Below are positions 1 to 10,603 of a stretch of DNA of 64,000 nucleotides, piece after piece. A program made the position numbers and the translations under genes. The stretch lies in contig CP128816.1 of assembly GCA_051546255.1 (NCBI GenBank), positions 1,798,001 to 1,862,000 on the forward strand, written 5' to 3'. The notes beneath the pieces were generated by a model, which searched no databases, was not told the origin of the DNA, and worked only from the letters and a program-made list of their open reading frames with translations. This DNA is from Meyerozyma guilliermondii. Taxonomy: Eukaryota. Numbering within the stretch: the first letter of the stretch is position 1; the number at the start of each line of letters is the position of its first letter.

Positions 1-2381
1 TGCAAAGCTTCTACCAACAAAAAGTTGACTGGGAACCAGATAGGACCTCTCCAATTAGAGTTTCCACCAAACATACCTGAATCAGATTCACCCGGAAGGT
101 AGTTGACAGTATACTTTTCGCCATGAACATCCATTTCGAAGGGATTCTTTTCATGGTACTTGGAAAGAGAACGAATTCCATGGGGAGATAAGAACTCATC
201 CTCATCCAACATCTTTTCTAAAATTGCAACTAAGCGATCTTTGTCGACCAACGCAAGAAGAAGTCTTTCACCCACACCCCTGGTTTCCATGGAGGCAATG
301 TTACGTTCGGCAACGGTTTTCCTGTGCTCAATAAACCAATCGAGACGTTTCTTGAACGAAGGGAATCTAGCCACCAACTCAGGTTCAAGGGTCAAAGACG
401 CATATAAAGGAATGAGTCCAACCAAGGAGCGAACAGGAAGAAGCTGCGAATGGTTACCATAACTGATGGCATCATAGTAGAACTGATCATTTTCATCCCA
501 TAACGACAGCTCCTGTTCAGCACCACCTCTATAAGTCATTGCATCAGCAATCAATATAAAGTGTTCGAAAAACTTTGAGGCAATGTTCTCATATATGGGG
601 CGGGTCTTTGCCAATTCAAGTGCAATGTTCAACATTTGCAAGCAAAAAAACGCCATCCAACCGGTGGAATCAGCTTGTTCCAAACTACCACCAGTGGGAA
701 GTGGTTCCGAACGATTGAATACACCAATGTTGTCAAGACCCAAAAAGCCTCCTGCAAACACATTGTTACCTTCGGCATCTTTCCGATTGACCCACCAAGT
801 GAAATTGAGGAGTAACTTTTGAAACACAGTTTCCAAAAAGTCAAGATCTTCTGTACCATACATTTTCCTCTCAATCTTGAAAATTCTGTACGCAGACCAA
901 GCATGAACCGGAGGATTGACATCACTAAAGTTCCATTCATAAGCAGGAATTTGTCCATTAGGGTGCATGTACCATTCACGAGTAAGCAAATCAAGTTGCT
1001 TTTTGGCAAATTCAGGGTCTATCATGGCAATAGGAACACAGTGGAATGCAGTATCCCAGGCTGCGAAAAATGGATATTCCCATTTATCAGGAAGCGAAAG
1101 CACATCATCAATATGCAAATGCTTCCAATCCCTATTTCGACCATTTGCACGGTTCACGGGAGGCTTTGGGGTGTTGGGATCACCACGGGACCAATAACTG
1201 TGAACAAAGTAGTAAAATTGCTTTGTCCATAAAAGACCAGCAAATGCTTGTCTTTGCACTTGACGAAGTTCGTCACTCAATGGAAGTGGTGATATCTTCC
1301 AATAAAAAGCATCTGCTTCATCTTGGCAGCGCGAAAATACCTCATCAAGTTGCAACTCATCAATATCACCCGGTTGCCGAGTAAATTTGTAACGAATGGT
1401 GACATAATCGCCAGCGGGAACACTTTCAAAATTGAACCAAGCACAAGCTTTCGTACCAGTACGTTCCGGATTGACCGTCTCTGACTTACCATCGATGACA
1501 GCATCGTGAAATGCATCCTTGACATACTTGACCTTGTTTGGTTGACCGTAAAGACGATCAGTATTGGTCTCATTTTCGGTGAAAAGAAGTTGAGGATCAA
1601 TATCGGGAGCATCATCATCAAACCCTGGAGCCGGTGCAAAAACAAGATATCTCTTCCCAAACTTGGCATGGTCAACCTCAATTGTGTAATCATCAAGAGC
1701 CTTCACGCTAGGCTTTTCTTTCTTGGATTCATCGTCGCCCCAAGACCAAGTGTTCCGCAAAACCACATGTGGCATAATATGCAAAGGTGCTGCATCTGGA
1801 CCACGATTGTAGGCGGTGATTCTAAATACGAGTTCCTCATCGTCATCTTTTGCCATTTCGAAAACCACATCGAAATACCGATTTTCATCAAAAATTCCTG
1901 TATCGGAAAGTTCATATTCAAGCTCTTGTCTTGAACGTTTGCCATTGGTCTCAACAAGATCTTTGTATGGAAATTCCCGTTGCGGATACTTGTACAAGTA
2001 CTTCATATAAGAATGTGAAGGGGTGTTGTCAAGATAATAGTACAACTCCTTGACATCTTCACCATGGTTACCTTGCGAATTGGTGACACCAAATGCTTTT
2101 TCCTTCAAGATCTCATCTTTTTCATTCCACAATGCCATCAGCATACATACCATTTGATGGGTATCGGACACTCCTGCTAATCCATCTTCTCCCCACCGAT
2201 ATGTTCTAGACCGTGAATGTTCAAATGGGAAATCACTCCACGCATCTCCGTCGTGGGAATAATCTTCTCTAACAGTTGCCCACTGACGCTCACCAAGATA
2301 CGGACCCCATTTTTTCCAGTATTTAGTACGTTCTTTATTTTCTTTAAGTCTTTGCTCCTCTGCCGTGACCCCGTAATCCAT
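1..2381 (-). CDS. Glycoside hydrolase family 63-like (MGH1-like, YMR196W-type) protein; 3' end runs off the window
   Basis: ATG at 2381 gives MDYGVTAEEQRLKENKERTKYWKKWGPYLGERQWATVREDYS. The same frame at the window edge reads NSNWRGPIWFPVNFLLVEAL. Absent from the ORF track because there is no stop codon in the window. Confidence 0.9.
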   Translation of the reverse strand, partial: MDYGVTAEEQRLKENKERTKYWKKWGPYLGERQWATVREDYSHDGDAWSDFPFEHSRSRTYRWGEDGLAGVSDTHQMVCMLMALWNEKDEILKEKAFGVTNSQGNHGEDVKELYYYLDNTPSHSYMKYLYKYPQREFPYKDLVETNGKRSRQELEYELSDTGIFDENRYFDVVFEMAKDDDEELVFRITAYNRGPDAAPLHIMPHVVLRNTWSWGDDESKKEKPSVKALDDYTIEVDHAKFGKRYLVFAPAPGFDDDAPDIDPQLLFTENETNTDRLYGQPNKVKYVKDAFHDAVIDGKSETVNPERTGTKACAWFNFESVPAGDYVTIRYKFTRQPGDIDELQLDEVFSRCQDEADAFYWKISPLPLSDELRQVQRQAFAGLLWTKQFYYFVHSYWSRGDPNTPKPPVNRANGRNRDWKHLHIDDVLSLPDKWEYPFFAAWDTAFHCVPIAMIDPEFAKKQLDLLTREWYMHPNGQIPAYEWNFSDVNPPVHAWSAYRIFKIERKMYGTEDLDFLETVFQKLLLNFTWWVNRKDAEGNNVFAGGFLGLDNIGVFNRSEPLPTGGSLEQADSTGWMAFFCLQMLNIALELAKTRPIYENIASKFFEHFILIADAMTYRGGAEQELSLWDENDQFYYDAISYGNHSQLLPVRSLVGLIPLYASLTLEPELVARFPSFKKRLDWFIEHRKTVAERNIASMETRGVGERLLLALVDKDRLVAILEKMLDEDEFLSPHGIRSLSKYHEKNPFEMDVHGEKYTVNYLPGESDSGMFGGNSNWRGPIWFPVNFLLVEAL

Positions 2382-2643
2382 TGCTTGAATTCGGATAGAC
2401 AAAGAACAATCCCTAAATTTCACTCGCAGCAACTTCGACGCACCTTGCATGTTCTGTGCAGGGCACGAGAGTGGGCAACTCCGAAGCTGCAAATACGAGC
2501 ACGAAAAGACAGGAGTCGTTCACGAGTTTGATACTGTTCGATGCTGAAAAATTGAGTGTGCTGACTGTTCAGTTTACCTTTCATATCTGGTTAACTTTTA
2601 TCATTTTATATTGAATCTCACTCTCTTATCTATCTACTTTAGC

Positions 2644-4194
2644 TCACGCAGTTTCTCTTTTAACCATTTCTCCAAATACCAGTTCTAACCCTCTTTCTTG
2701 CACTATATGGCGGTAACAGTTGAAGAAATACGTTTCGGACGCTTCAAATACTAGGTACCTCAAAGTGGTTAAAAATGTCTTGAAATCACGACAAAAGTTG
2801 GCAAGCTGGTCCACAATGGTATTGTGGTAGTTGAGGGTGACTGAGTTGGGGTAATCAAAGTATTCTTGGCTAATGAGAGTGTTATTATTGATGATGGGAG
2901 TTTTGAAATCTTTTAGTGCCAATTGCAAAAATTGCAACCGTTGCAAATTATTGACCACTCTTATAAGTTCAGGAATCTCATACTGATTAACGGGAACACG
3001 AAGAAACTTCAAATTGTGGAGCTGCGATAACTTTTGGAGTTGGCTGGCATACCTGTAACAGCCATCTTTATTTTGGTGAACTGACTCAAAGTCAAAATCT
3101 AGATATGTCAACGTTCCACGATGAGCCGTGATAGCATTCACTGTCTCACGTAATTCGGGTTCCCGGTGTAGAGAAGACCAACGGACTTGCAATTCAAGCT
3201 TTCGAAGCTTACTGGGTAAGTATTTGATAAAGCGAATTGCTGAATCATTAGCGTTGGCTTCATTACTGAGACCAAGACTAAGAGTGTGAAGGTTAACCAT
3301 TTTTGGCTGCAAAACGTCAAGGAAATAGTCCACGCCCTGAACCTTTTCCGTGCAATTGAGGAGCTTGAGCGTCTTGATTTGATTGAGATCAATAGTTTTT
3401 GACAACCGATTGGCATCATTGGCACATATGCACATATCTTTCAAGACCAATTCCGTGATCGATTGCAGCAAAGGAAATGCCGAAAACTGTGCAATATAAT
3501 TTGCTTCGTCAACATATGGATCCGGAAGCTCAATAAAGTTTGAAACAGAGCTTGCATGTTCACTATTCTTCAAGGCACTTGTCAGACTGTTTCTTGACAA
3601 GGTGAGCGAGCTGAGATTCACAAACCTAGGCAATGCAAGTTTTGCTAGATTTGTGTGCTGGCCAAATCCAGAGACCAGTAGCTCTTCTAGACGATACACA
3701 TGGTTGTCACCGGCAAATAAATTGACCTTTTCAAAACTCTTGAAATTTCCAACTACTGATTTCATGTTCACCAAATTTGGCACTTTTGAAAGAAGTTCAC
3801 AAGATAAGTACATTTGAATAGTGAACCACTTGAGTTGCTCCAAATTCGAAAGGTTTGGGAATATCTTTTCAAGGAAGTGAAAAAGTTCAAGTTCCGGAAG
3901 ATCGGGAATTTCGTCCATGAACTGAAGAACCCGAACGTATGAACAATATTTTTGGTTCAGGTACAAATTCTTCATAAATAGCGTAAAAGAATAAAGAGAC
4001 TTGATGGTGGTGGACCTCGTCGACTTTAAGTCTTCAGTTCCATATGGTAGACGCGACGAATCAATAGTGACCGATGAGTAAATCTGGGGTAGAAGAAGGT
4101 CATAGTTGGCCTTACAAGTATACCCAAGACGAAGTACATCGCTGGTCGCGATATATGTGCTGATCTTGCTGATCAACTCTGGTGGTAAATCCAT
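2644..4194 (-). CDS. F-box protein with leucine-rich-repeat-like body
   Basis: N-terminal F-box signature MDLPPELISKISTYIATSDVLRLGYTCK starts at the first ATG (4194); LxxLxL repeats follow downstream. Confidence 0.75.
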   Translation of the reverse strand: MDLPPELISKISTYIATSDVLRLGYTCKANYDLLLPQIYSSVTIDSSRLPYGTEDLKSTRSTTIKSLYSFTLFMKNLYLNQKYCSYVRVLQFMDEIPDLPELELFHFLEKIFPNLSNLEQLKWFTIQMYLSCELLSKVPNLVNMKSVVGNFKSFEKVNLFAGDNHVYRLEELLVSGFGQHTNLAKLALPRFVNLSSLTLSRNSLTSALKNSEHASSVSNFIELPDPYVDEANYIAQFSAFPLLQSITELVLKDMCICANDANRLSKTIDLNQIKTLKLLNCTEKVQGVDYFLDVLQPKMVNLHTLSLGLSNEANANDSAIRFIKYLPSKLRKLELQVRWSSLHREPELRETVNAITAHRGTLTYLDFDFESVHQNKDGCYRYASQLQKLSQLHNLKFLRVPVNQYEIPELIRVVNNLQRLQFLQLALKDFKTPIINNNTLISQEYFDYPNSVTLNYHNTIVDQLANFCRDFKTFLTTLRYLVFEASETYFFNCYRHIVQERGLELVFGEMVKRETA

Positions 4195-4439
4195 TAGGAT
4201 AGATCGGTTTTCACCACCAACAAAATATTTCAAGGTTCCGGCCCCGGCATATGCATATGCACGATGGCCGCAATCGGGAATTATCTGATCGGATCTATAA
4301 ACCCGAGAGAAATCGATTCAAGCTCAAGACACCAGGGACACCATTACATCCAATGCACCATATTCACCTGCGTGTCGGCGCAAAAAAATAAACAAAGTGT
4401 CAAGACCTGCAGGCGGAATACCGGACCTATTTGGAGGGG

Positions 4440-4649
4440 TTACCCGGTCATCGGCTCAACATGCATGTCCTCCGATAGAAATATGAAACTACCCCTGATT
4501 TATATCCACATTTCAAACTTTTTCTTGTTGCTCCGCCCAGATTTTTCGCTGTTCTGCACCACACGTTTCCAAACGACGTTTTTCCCGAGAGTGGCGGTGG
4601 CAACAACGGGCCACATCCATCCACCAATTGCTGATTGGCGGTTACCCGG
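4440..4649. promoter_or_regulatory. Two Reb1-type sites (TTACCCGG) in the divergent F-box/SFP1 promoter
   Basis: Exact TTACCCGG at 4440-4447 and 4642-4649. Confidence 0.45.
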
Positions 4650-4993
4650 GAGTCGTGTGCGTACCCCTTGGCCAACTTAATAATCTGTCCATCTGCTAGG
4701 AGAGATATTACAGAACCGTCCGTTTACAACACGGTATAGACTAGACAGGAGAAGCACATTGGAGGTGGAATCAAGCATAGGGGGTTTTATTAATTAAGAG
4801 CTTCCCAATTACATGTACTGATAAATTTGTCGATTTTTCACCATCAAGGAGTAGTCACGAGCAACACCTAATTTAGAGTCATAGACGAACCTTTGGAGGT
4901 TCCAGAACCAAGCAAGGCATTACCGAGGGACGATAGTATCGTAGAGTATCGTTTGACAAATCATTTGTTTTCCTCATCGATCTCCAGATCTAA

Positions 4994-6190
4994 ATGTTCA
5001 ACACTGAAATTTTCAATAATGGGTCCGGGTCTGGTTCCGATAACCATCTAGCCATTCCCCAGCCCATAGATATTACATACCAGCGACAGCAGCTGATATT
5101 CAATAATTCCAGGTTCCGCAGAGAGTCCATAGCTCATTCTCAGGGTATGGGAGGAGTGCTGTGGGGGTCAGTTACCATCGGGCTGTGGCTCAAGGATGAA
5201 GTGATGATGTTGAACCAGCATCAGAACCAGAATCAAAACCAGAATCAGTTTCAAAATCAGGCAGCCCAACTCATCAACCCTAGAAGGGGACTGTTCCGCC
5301 ATCCTAGTACCAGTCATCATATGGCTACTTCGCCACCACTGCAAGCGTCATATCTTCCTAATCTCGAAGCGGATTACTGTAAGGATTACAGTTGCTGTGG
5401 ACAGCATCTCCCCACATTGCATGATTTGTTGCGACATTATGAAGAGGCCCATATTAGTCTGTCACCACCGGCTGACCATAACCTCTTGAATTCAGCCAGA
5501 TCCAATAGGGCCAATCTCAATAATATCCACAATGTAATGGAGACCGTCAGCACCAACGACGTGTTCTTGAATACCCAGCAGCATCCTCAAGTGCAACCCA
5601 CCATCAATGCGGCACCATTTCAATTCAATCTTCAGCACCAAACCATCAACCAAAGCTTTGGCATTCCTCAACAACGTAACAACAGCAATACTCACCAGAA
5701 CCACAACGGAGGCATCCAACAGCATGGCAATGGTGCTACTTCGATTCCTCCTTCCAGTATTCAGCAACAGCAATTACCTCAACAGGTACATCCACAACAA
5801 GTGCACCATCAGTCACCGCTTGGTCAATCTAGACCAGGGTCGGCTCAGGCTGAAGATGATGATAGCACCATGTATATCGATGACCCAGCACGTCATTTAT
5901 ATGTGATGGAAAATACCGAGCATAAACCATTTAAATGTCCCGTGATTGGATGTGAAAAAACGTACAAGAACCAAAACGGTCTCAAATACCATCGTTTGCA
6001 CGGGCACCAGAATCAAAAGTTGAAAGAAAACCCCGATGGAACTATTTCCATTATCGACCCGGAATCCAACACGCCGTACTTGGATGGAGCGGGCATGGAA
6101 AAAGATAAGCCATACCGCTGTGAGGTATGTGGCAAACGGTATAAGAATCTTAATGGTCTCAAGTACCACAGGGGCCACACTACCCACTAG
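4994..6190 (+). CDS. SFP1: Split zinc-finger transcription factor Sfp1
   Basis: FRRESIAHSQGMGGVSWGSVTIGSW motif (CTG read as Ser), YSCCGQHLPTLHDLLRHYEEAH, and two C2H2 fingers each with YKNxNGLKYH; N/Q-rich middle. Confidence 0.93.
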   Translation: MFNTEIFNNGSGSGSDNHLAIPQPIDITYQRQQLIFNNSRFRRESIAHSQGMGGVLWGSVTIGLWLKDEVMMLNQHQNQNQNQNQFQNQAAQLINPRRGLFRHPSTSHHMATSPPLQASYLPNLEADYCKDYSCCGQHLPTLHDLLRHYEEAHISLSPPADHNLLNSARSNRANLNNIHNVMETVSTNDVFLNTQQHPQVQPTINAAPFQFNLQHQTINQSFGIPQQRNNSNTHQNHNGGIQQHGNGATSIPPSSIQQQQLPQQVHPQQVHHQSPLGQSRPGSAQAEDDDSTMYIDDPARHLYVMENTEHKPFKCPVIGCEKTYKNQNGLKYHRLHGHQNQKLKENPDGTISIIDPESNTPYLDGAGMEKDKPYRCEVCGKRYKNLNGLKYHRGHTTH

Positions 6191-6293
6191 CATGTAGTAT
6201 AGCGGTGTATGAGCGCATGAATAGGAAATGTAATGTTTAAATTTTTAAAGTTCGCGTCGAATAATTCAATTCCCCACAAATTAACTTTACACA

Positions 6294-7079
6294 ATGGTTA
6301 ATCTAGCTGTACCACTAGCGTTGACGAGGCAATCATTGTACTATAGTACAATTCTCTTCTCGACTCTTGCTATCTTGCTTCCGTTATCCATTTTATCTTA
6401 CTTGTACTTTTATTCAACTTTGATCCCCATTCTGGTTTTGAGGGTCCCCATCACTTTTTCTCCAAAAGAAAGTTTTCACGAAGAAAGGAGAGGCTATGCA
6501 AATCTAGAACCATACATCAAGGTATTTGAGCAGACTCCAGACCTCATGTATTTATTATCTTTGAACTTGGACATTATATGCTACTCTGAGAAAAACAGTA
6601 TTAGGTCGGTGATCCATAACGTAACCCTTGGCTCATATTCGGCCAGATCAACATTTGTACTCAACTGTGAAGAGGATTACATTTTCCACTCGAATAATCG
6701 GCTCATTCCTTATAAGCTACGCCATTATGTGTCTCCCCAATTGACCGATATACGCAAGATTGTAAATGTCAATTCTCAGTATTCTTTGCAAAGTGGACGA
6801 CAGATATCAGAGACTCTGTCATATAATGCTAGAATTGATGTTCATAGAAACACCGACGTTGACGATAACCATTCGTTTTTGGAATTTTATGTCCAGTGGG
6901 ATGGTATTAGGTACTATATGGTGACATACTATAAATCGTCCATGTTAGTGGGTATAATTATATTCTGGGGGTTCAGCTCGTTTGTGTGTTTATTGACAGC
7001 ACTAGTAACATGGACGAAATACAACGAGCAAAATGAACAAGATTTCAGGAGAAACATAAAAGTCAAGAAAGAGACCTGA
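6294..7079 (+). CDS. SEI1: Seipin (Sei1/Fld1)-like lipid droplet protein
   Basis: Two terminal TM segments (LAILLPLSILSYLYFY; WDGIRYYM...VGIIIFW) flank a ~170-aa luminal domain, as in seipins. Confidence 0.65.
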   Translation: MVNLAVPLALTRQSLYYSTILFSTLAILLPLSILSYLYFYSTLIPILVLRVPITFSPKESFHEERRGYANLEPYIKVFEQTPDLMYLLSLNLDIICYSEKNSIRSVIHNVTLGSYSARSTFVLNCEEDYIFHSNNRLIPYKLRHYVSPQLTDIRKIVNVNSQYSLQSGRQISETLSYNARIDVHRNTDVDDNHSFLEFYVQWDGIRYYMVTYYKSSMLVGIIIFWGFSSFVCLLTALVTWTKYNEQNEQDFRRNIKVKKET

Positions 7080-7194
7080 AAGACATGAAGAGAGAGAGTC
7101 ATGAATTACGAATAGATAGGAACATGGTCCAATGAGAGAGTCATTTAATAAATAGGAATAAAAACCTAAGTATCATGAAAAATGAATTGCGGCC

Positions 7195-9981
7195 TCAGCC
7201 TCCATTCATCTTTAAATCGTTCGCTTCTTCTACCAGCAAGAATGGCACAATCTTTTTGAAGTAGTCTGTCTCGTTGATATCTCCCGTGCTCCAAGCTCCC
7301 ATCAATGGTGCATTGATCTTGCTGTTGAGTTGATCCGTTTCGACTCGATGAATCATGTACTTTTCAAACTCCTCGACCACCAGATTCCATTCGTTTAATC
7401 GTTTACCGAGCTTCTCCCATTTGGCCCTATCATTTGGACTCAAATTCTCATACACCAGAGATTGTTCTATACCTCCAAAATCATTCAGTATCATCAAGTC
7501 ATTCTCTTGACTCAAATATAACTTATCGTAGGGATCATCTCGAACGAATATGGATATGGTAGGTATTTCAGGCACATCAGGTACACAACGACTAAAAGGA
7601 ACTCTTGGTGCTTGCATTTTCATGATCGAAAACCTGTTACTAAGGGAATCATGATCAACAATGAGTTCAAATTTGAGGACTGGCCGTACAACCTCAGGAA
7701 CCTTATTGAAAAGCTCAGGCGGCTGCGTTTGTTCATCGTTGGGGCTCCACAGTTCCGTGGAAATGCTGCTGATATCCGAATCCTCAGTGGAGTTGTCGGT
7801 ATTGGAAGTGGGAGTAGATTTGTAGGACATGACAGACGGACTTGACGACTGTGACATTGTGGAATATGAAGTTGATAGGGATGTCAATGATACCGAGTTC
7901 CTATTGTTGCGAAGTTGAGGAGGTTTCTTGGGCTCTTCCATGGACAACATCTTGAAAAGTTTGCCAATAGAGGTAACCAAAGAGCTCTTGTCTTTGATAT
8001 CGGGGCTTGACGTACTTCTATCGATGACCAGAGCTGGAGTAACAGGTAAGGAAGAGCATGAATAAACCGCCTCATCAAAGATTTCGTATGGATGAGTTTT
8101 GCGAATCTCACTTGGGGTTGAAATAACTGGCGCTGTTGAAACGTCACCTGCCAAGTAAAACTCGTCCTTGGCATTGACGGGCACAATACCCAACTTTCTG
8201 CTACCCAATGGACTGTCTGGTTTGTAATAGTCACACTCATTATCATGAGCAAGTAACATCTCGTGAGCTTTACGAACCCGAGATTCAACCTTCTTGGTGG
8301 TTTGTATGGCAATTGAAGACTCGAAATTGTTGATGCCAATGACACGCCAAACCAAGAGCCTGATGAAATAAGAGCTAACAAGTCCATTCCAATGGGTGAA
8401 GAATCGCTCCCAACATTGATTAGATATCAACCAATTGACAAAATTTACCTTGAAACTCTCATTCAAATCTTGAAGCCACTTAAGATGAGGTGCTGAAGTA
8501 TCTTCACAAGTAGGAAGTGTTTCTGGTATTCTATCCCAAACATTGAAAAGAAACGAGAGGCATTTAAGCAACGTTTGTACATGATCAGTATTCTGTAACA
8601 TCATGTAAATACATCCAAGCCAAAACTCCCAATTAATGTCTTGACCTACTTGATGGACAATTTCATGGGCTACATTCAAGATCACACCATTCTTGTGGTA
8701 GTCGTAAATGCTGCTTGTTCTAGCAATGGCAACAAGAAGACCGTCCACTTTTCTGCATAACGCATATCGAAACGAGATGTCAGAAAACGTCAAATCACGG
8801 AAGGTCTTGAGAATTTTTAGGATAGGCGATGCCAAATTCGATTTTGCAGGACCACGACTCATATTAGTTGGTCTGTCCGTTGGACGTTCGGAATTTGCAA
8901 TTGCCATGCGATTGATACTTGTTTCGAAAATTTGGAAAATGTGCCCTAAAATTATCTGGAAGCCCGGGAGTGAAGGCGGATCAAAATCCTCATCAACATA
9001 ATGCAGACAAACATTTAAATAGTGACGTAGAAAAGAGTTGAATATGTCTGAGTCACTAGAGCACCATCGGTGTACCCAGGTTCCATTGGGGTCTTTTATA
9101 CCATCGACGGGATGCTGTGGTGGAGGCATGCAATTAAGGTGATGACGATTCTTTGGCACGTTTATACCAGAAAAATTAACCCAAGCTTGCACTGGAACAG
9201 GAAACAATAGCCTTGACTCATTTTTTGAGGTTACATTCGCTTCGGAACGTTTTAAAACTGAAACCCGAACGTTTAATAGGAACAAAAGGGCATTGCTAAC
9301 CTTGGGAATGTGGAAGAAACCATAAGCAAAAACCTTACCTGCAAACGCCAGAAAGGCAAGCAGTGTCACCTTGAGAGACAGGAGACGAGAAATGACATAA
9401 TCCAAAGTGGAAACCAAGAGTTGGCGATATTGACGAAGGGTATCTTTATCAGACGAAAACCATTCTGAACGAGATATTATGCGAGAGATACCCTCGAGGT
9501 AAGCGTTTCGATCGGTGCTTGTAACCAGAGAAGTAAGTGCTACCGAGCCGAGAAGTGATGACCACCATCTAAGCAAAATAGAAGTTAATACGCTTGCAAG
9601 TGAGCGCTGGACTTGAATGTCACAATTTTCCAGAAGTTCAAGCGAATTGGATGCACGGAGAAATGGTAGAAGGGTCTTTCTTAGGATGTTAGTTTTGGTG
9701 ACGTAGTTGCTTTTGGTAGCAAATTTGGAGTGAACCACCTCAAGTTTTTTAATACGTTTAAGGACAACTTTGATGTACTTGGGATCACGTACGGAAGGGT
9801 TTCGAGGCGAGCTAGGCGTGGCTATAGGGGATGATGTTAATCGTGGCGTCGAAGGGGCACGAGGAGGTGTTATAGCAGTTGGTATTGAAGGCAGGGGGGC
9901 TGTAAGCGTGGTTTGGGAATTTGTTGATGACACCGAATGGGTGGATTTGGATGACCTCTTGCGGTTTATCGTTGGAGACAT
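7195..9981 (-). CDS. DUF1765/UPF0592 family protein (YDL073W/Ahk1-like)
   Basis: 928-aa ORF with INWEFWL, LSFLFNVW and FFTHWNGLVSSYFIRLLVWRV motifs typical of DUF1765. Confidence 0.7.
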   Translation of the reverse strand: MSPTINRKRSSKSTHSVSSTNSQTTLTAPLPSIPTAITPPRAPSTPRLTSSPIATPSSPRNPSVRDPKYIKVVLKRIKKLEVVHSKFATKSNYVTKTNILRKTLLPFLRASNSLELLENCDIQVQRSLASVLTSILLRWWSSLLGSVALTSLVTSTDRNAYLEGISRIISRSEWFSSDKDTLRQYRQLLVSTLDYVISRLLSLKVTLLAFLAFAGKVFAYGFFHIPKVSNALLFLLNVRVSVLKRSEANVTSKNESRLLFPVPVQAWVNFSGINVPKNRHHLNCMPPPQHPVDGIKDPNGTWVHRWCSSDSDIFNSFLRHYLNVCLHYVDEDFDPPSLPGFQIILGHIFQIFETSINRMAIANSERPTDRPTNMSRGPAKSNLASPILKILKTFRDLTFSDISFRYALCRKVDGLLVAIARTSSIYDYHKNGVILNVAHEIVHQVGQDINWEFWLGCIYMMLQNTDHVQTLLKCLSFLFNVWDRIPETLPTCEDTSAPHLKWLQDLNESFKVNFVNWLISNQCWERFFTHWNGLVSSYFIRLLVWRVIGINNFESSIAIQTTKKVESRVRKAHEMLLAHDNECDYYKPDSPLGSRKLGIVPVNAKDEFYLAGDVSTAPVISTPSEIRKTHPYEIFDEAVYSCSSLPVTPALVIDRSTSSPDIKDKSSLVTSIGKLFKMLSMEEPKKPPQLRNNRNSVSLTSLSTSYSTMSQSSSPSVMSYKSTPTSNTDNSTEDSDISSISTELWSPNDEQTQPPELFNKVPEVVRPVLKFELIVDHDSLSNRFSIMKMQAPRVPFSRCVPDVPEIPTISIFVRDDPYDKLYLSQENDLMILNDFGGIEQSLVYENLSPNDRAKWEKLGKRLNEWNLVVEEFEKYMIHRVETDQLNSKINAPLMGAWSTGDINETDYFKKIVPFLLVEEANDLKMNGG

Positions 9982-10603
9982 GGACAGTAAAGCGAAGGTA
10001 TAGGGTGGGAAACCTCAAAGGGAACAAATGTATGTCAAATATATCACGGTTACGAGCGAGTTTATGACCTCAAACAGGTCAATCTCGACGGTGTGGGGAA
10101 AGATCTTTCAAAAGATCGTGAGCACCAAAAGGGTTCAATGAATAAAAATGATGTTATTTGCTAGTTCCATGTGATAGGTACACGAGGGTGAAGCCAAAAG
10201 TATTAGCGCCGAGTAAAACTCTAAAAAAAACGATGGAAAAACGCCGGAATGAAGGAGCTCAGCTGTTCCTTCTTTTGGCAAATGTACCTGCAGGACATGC
10301 ACCACGAAAATGGACATTGGCATTAAGGTTTGGGACCAAAAAGAGCCGAAAAATGCCGAAAACCTGTAGAAGACACAATTTCGCCTCAAAAATCAGAATT
10401 ATTTGTTTTCAATCTCGTCCCATGGATATTGCAAGTTTTGACTACTCTATCGTGTTCCCCTGATCACCGTTCCTTGCTGAAACACCCGTACACCAGGCCA
10501 AGCCTTCTCATCCGCCCTGCTTAGTATGCACGCCCATAGACGCTGTGCTTGTATGCATGCGCGCGAATACCAAGACCATTTTGTCTCACGACTACTAACC
10601 ACC

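Noticed and set aside
11..2531. Many short ORFs over 1-2500 in the track
   Set aside because: They overlap the GH63 gene, which the track missed because it has no in-window stop.
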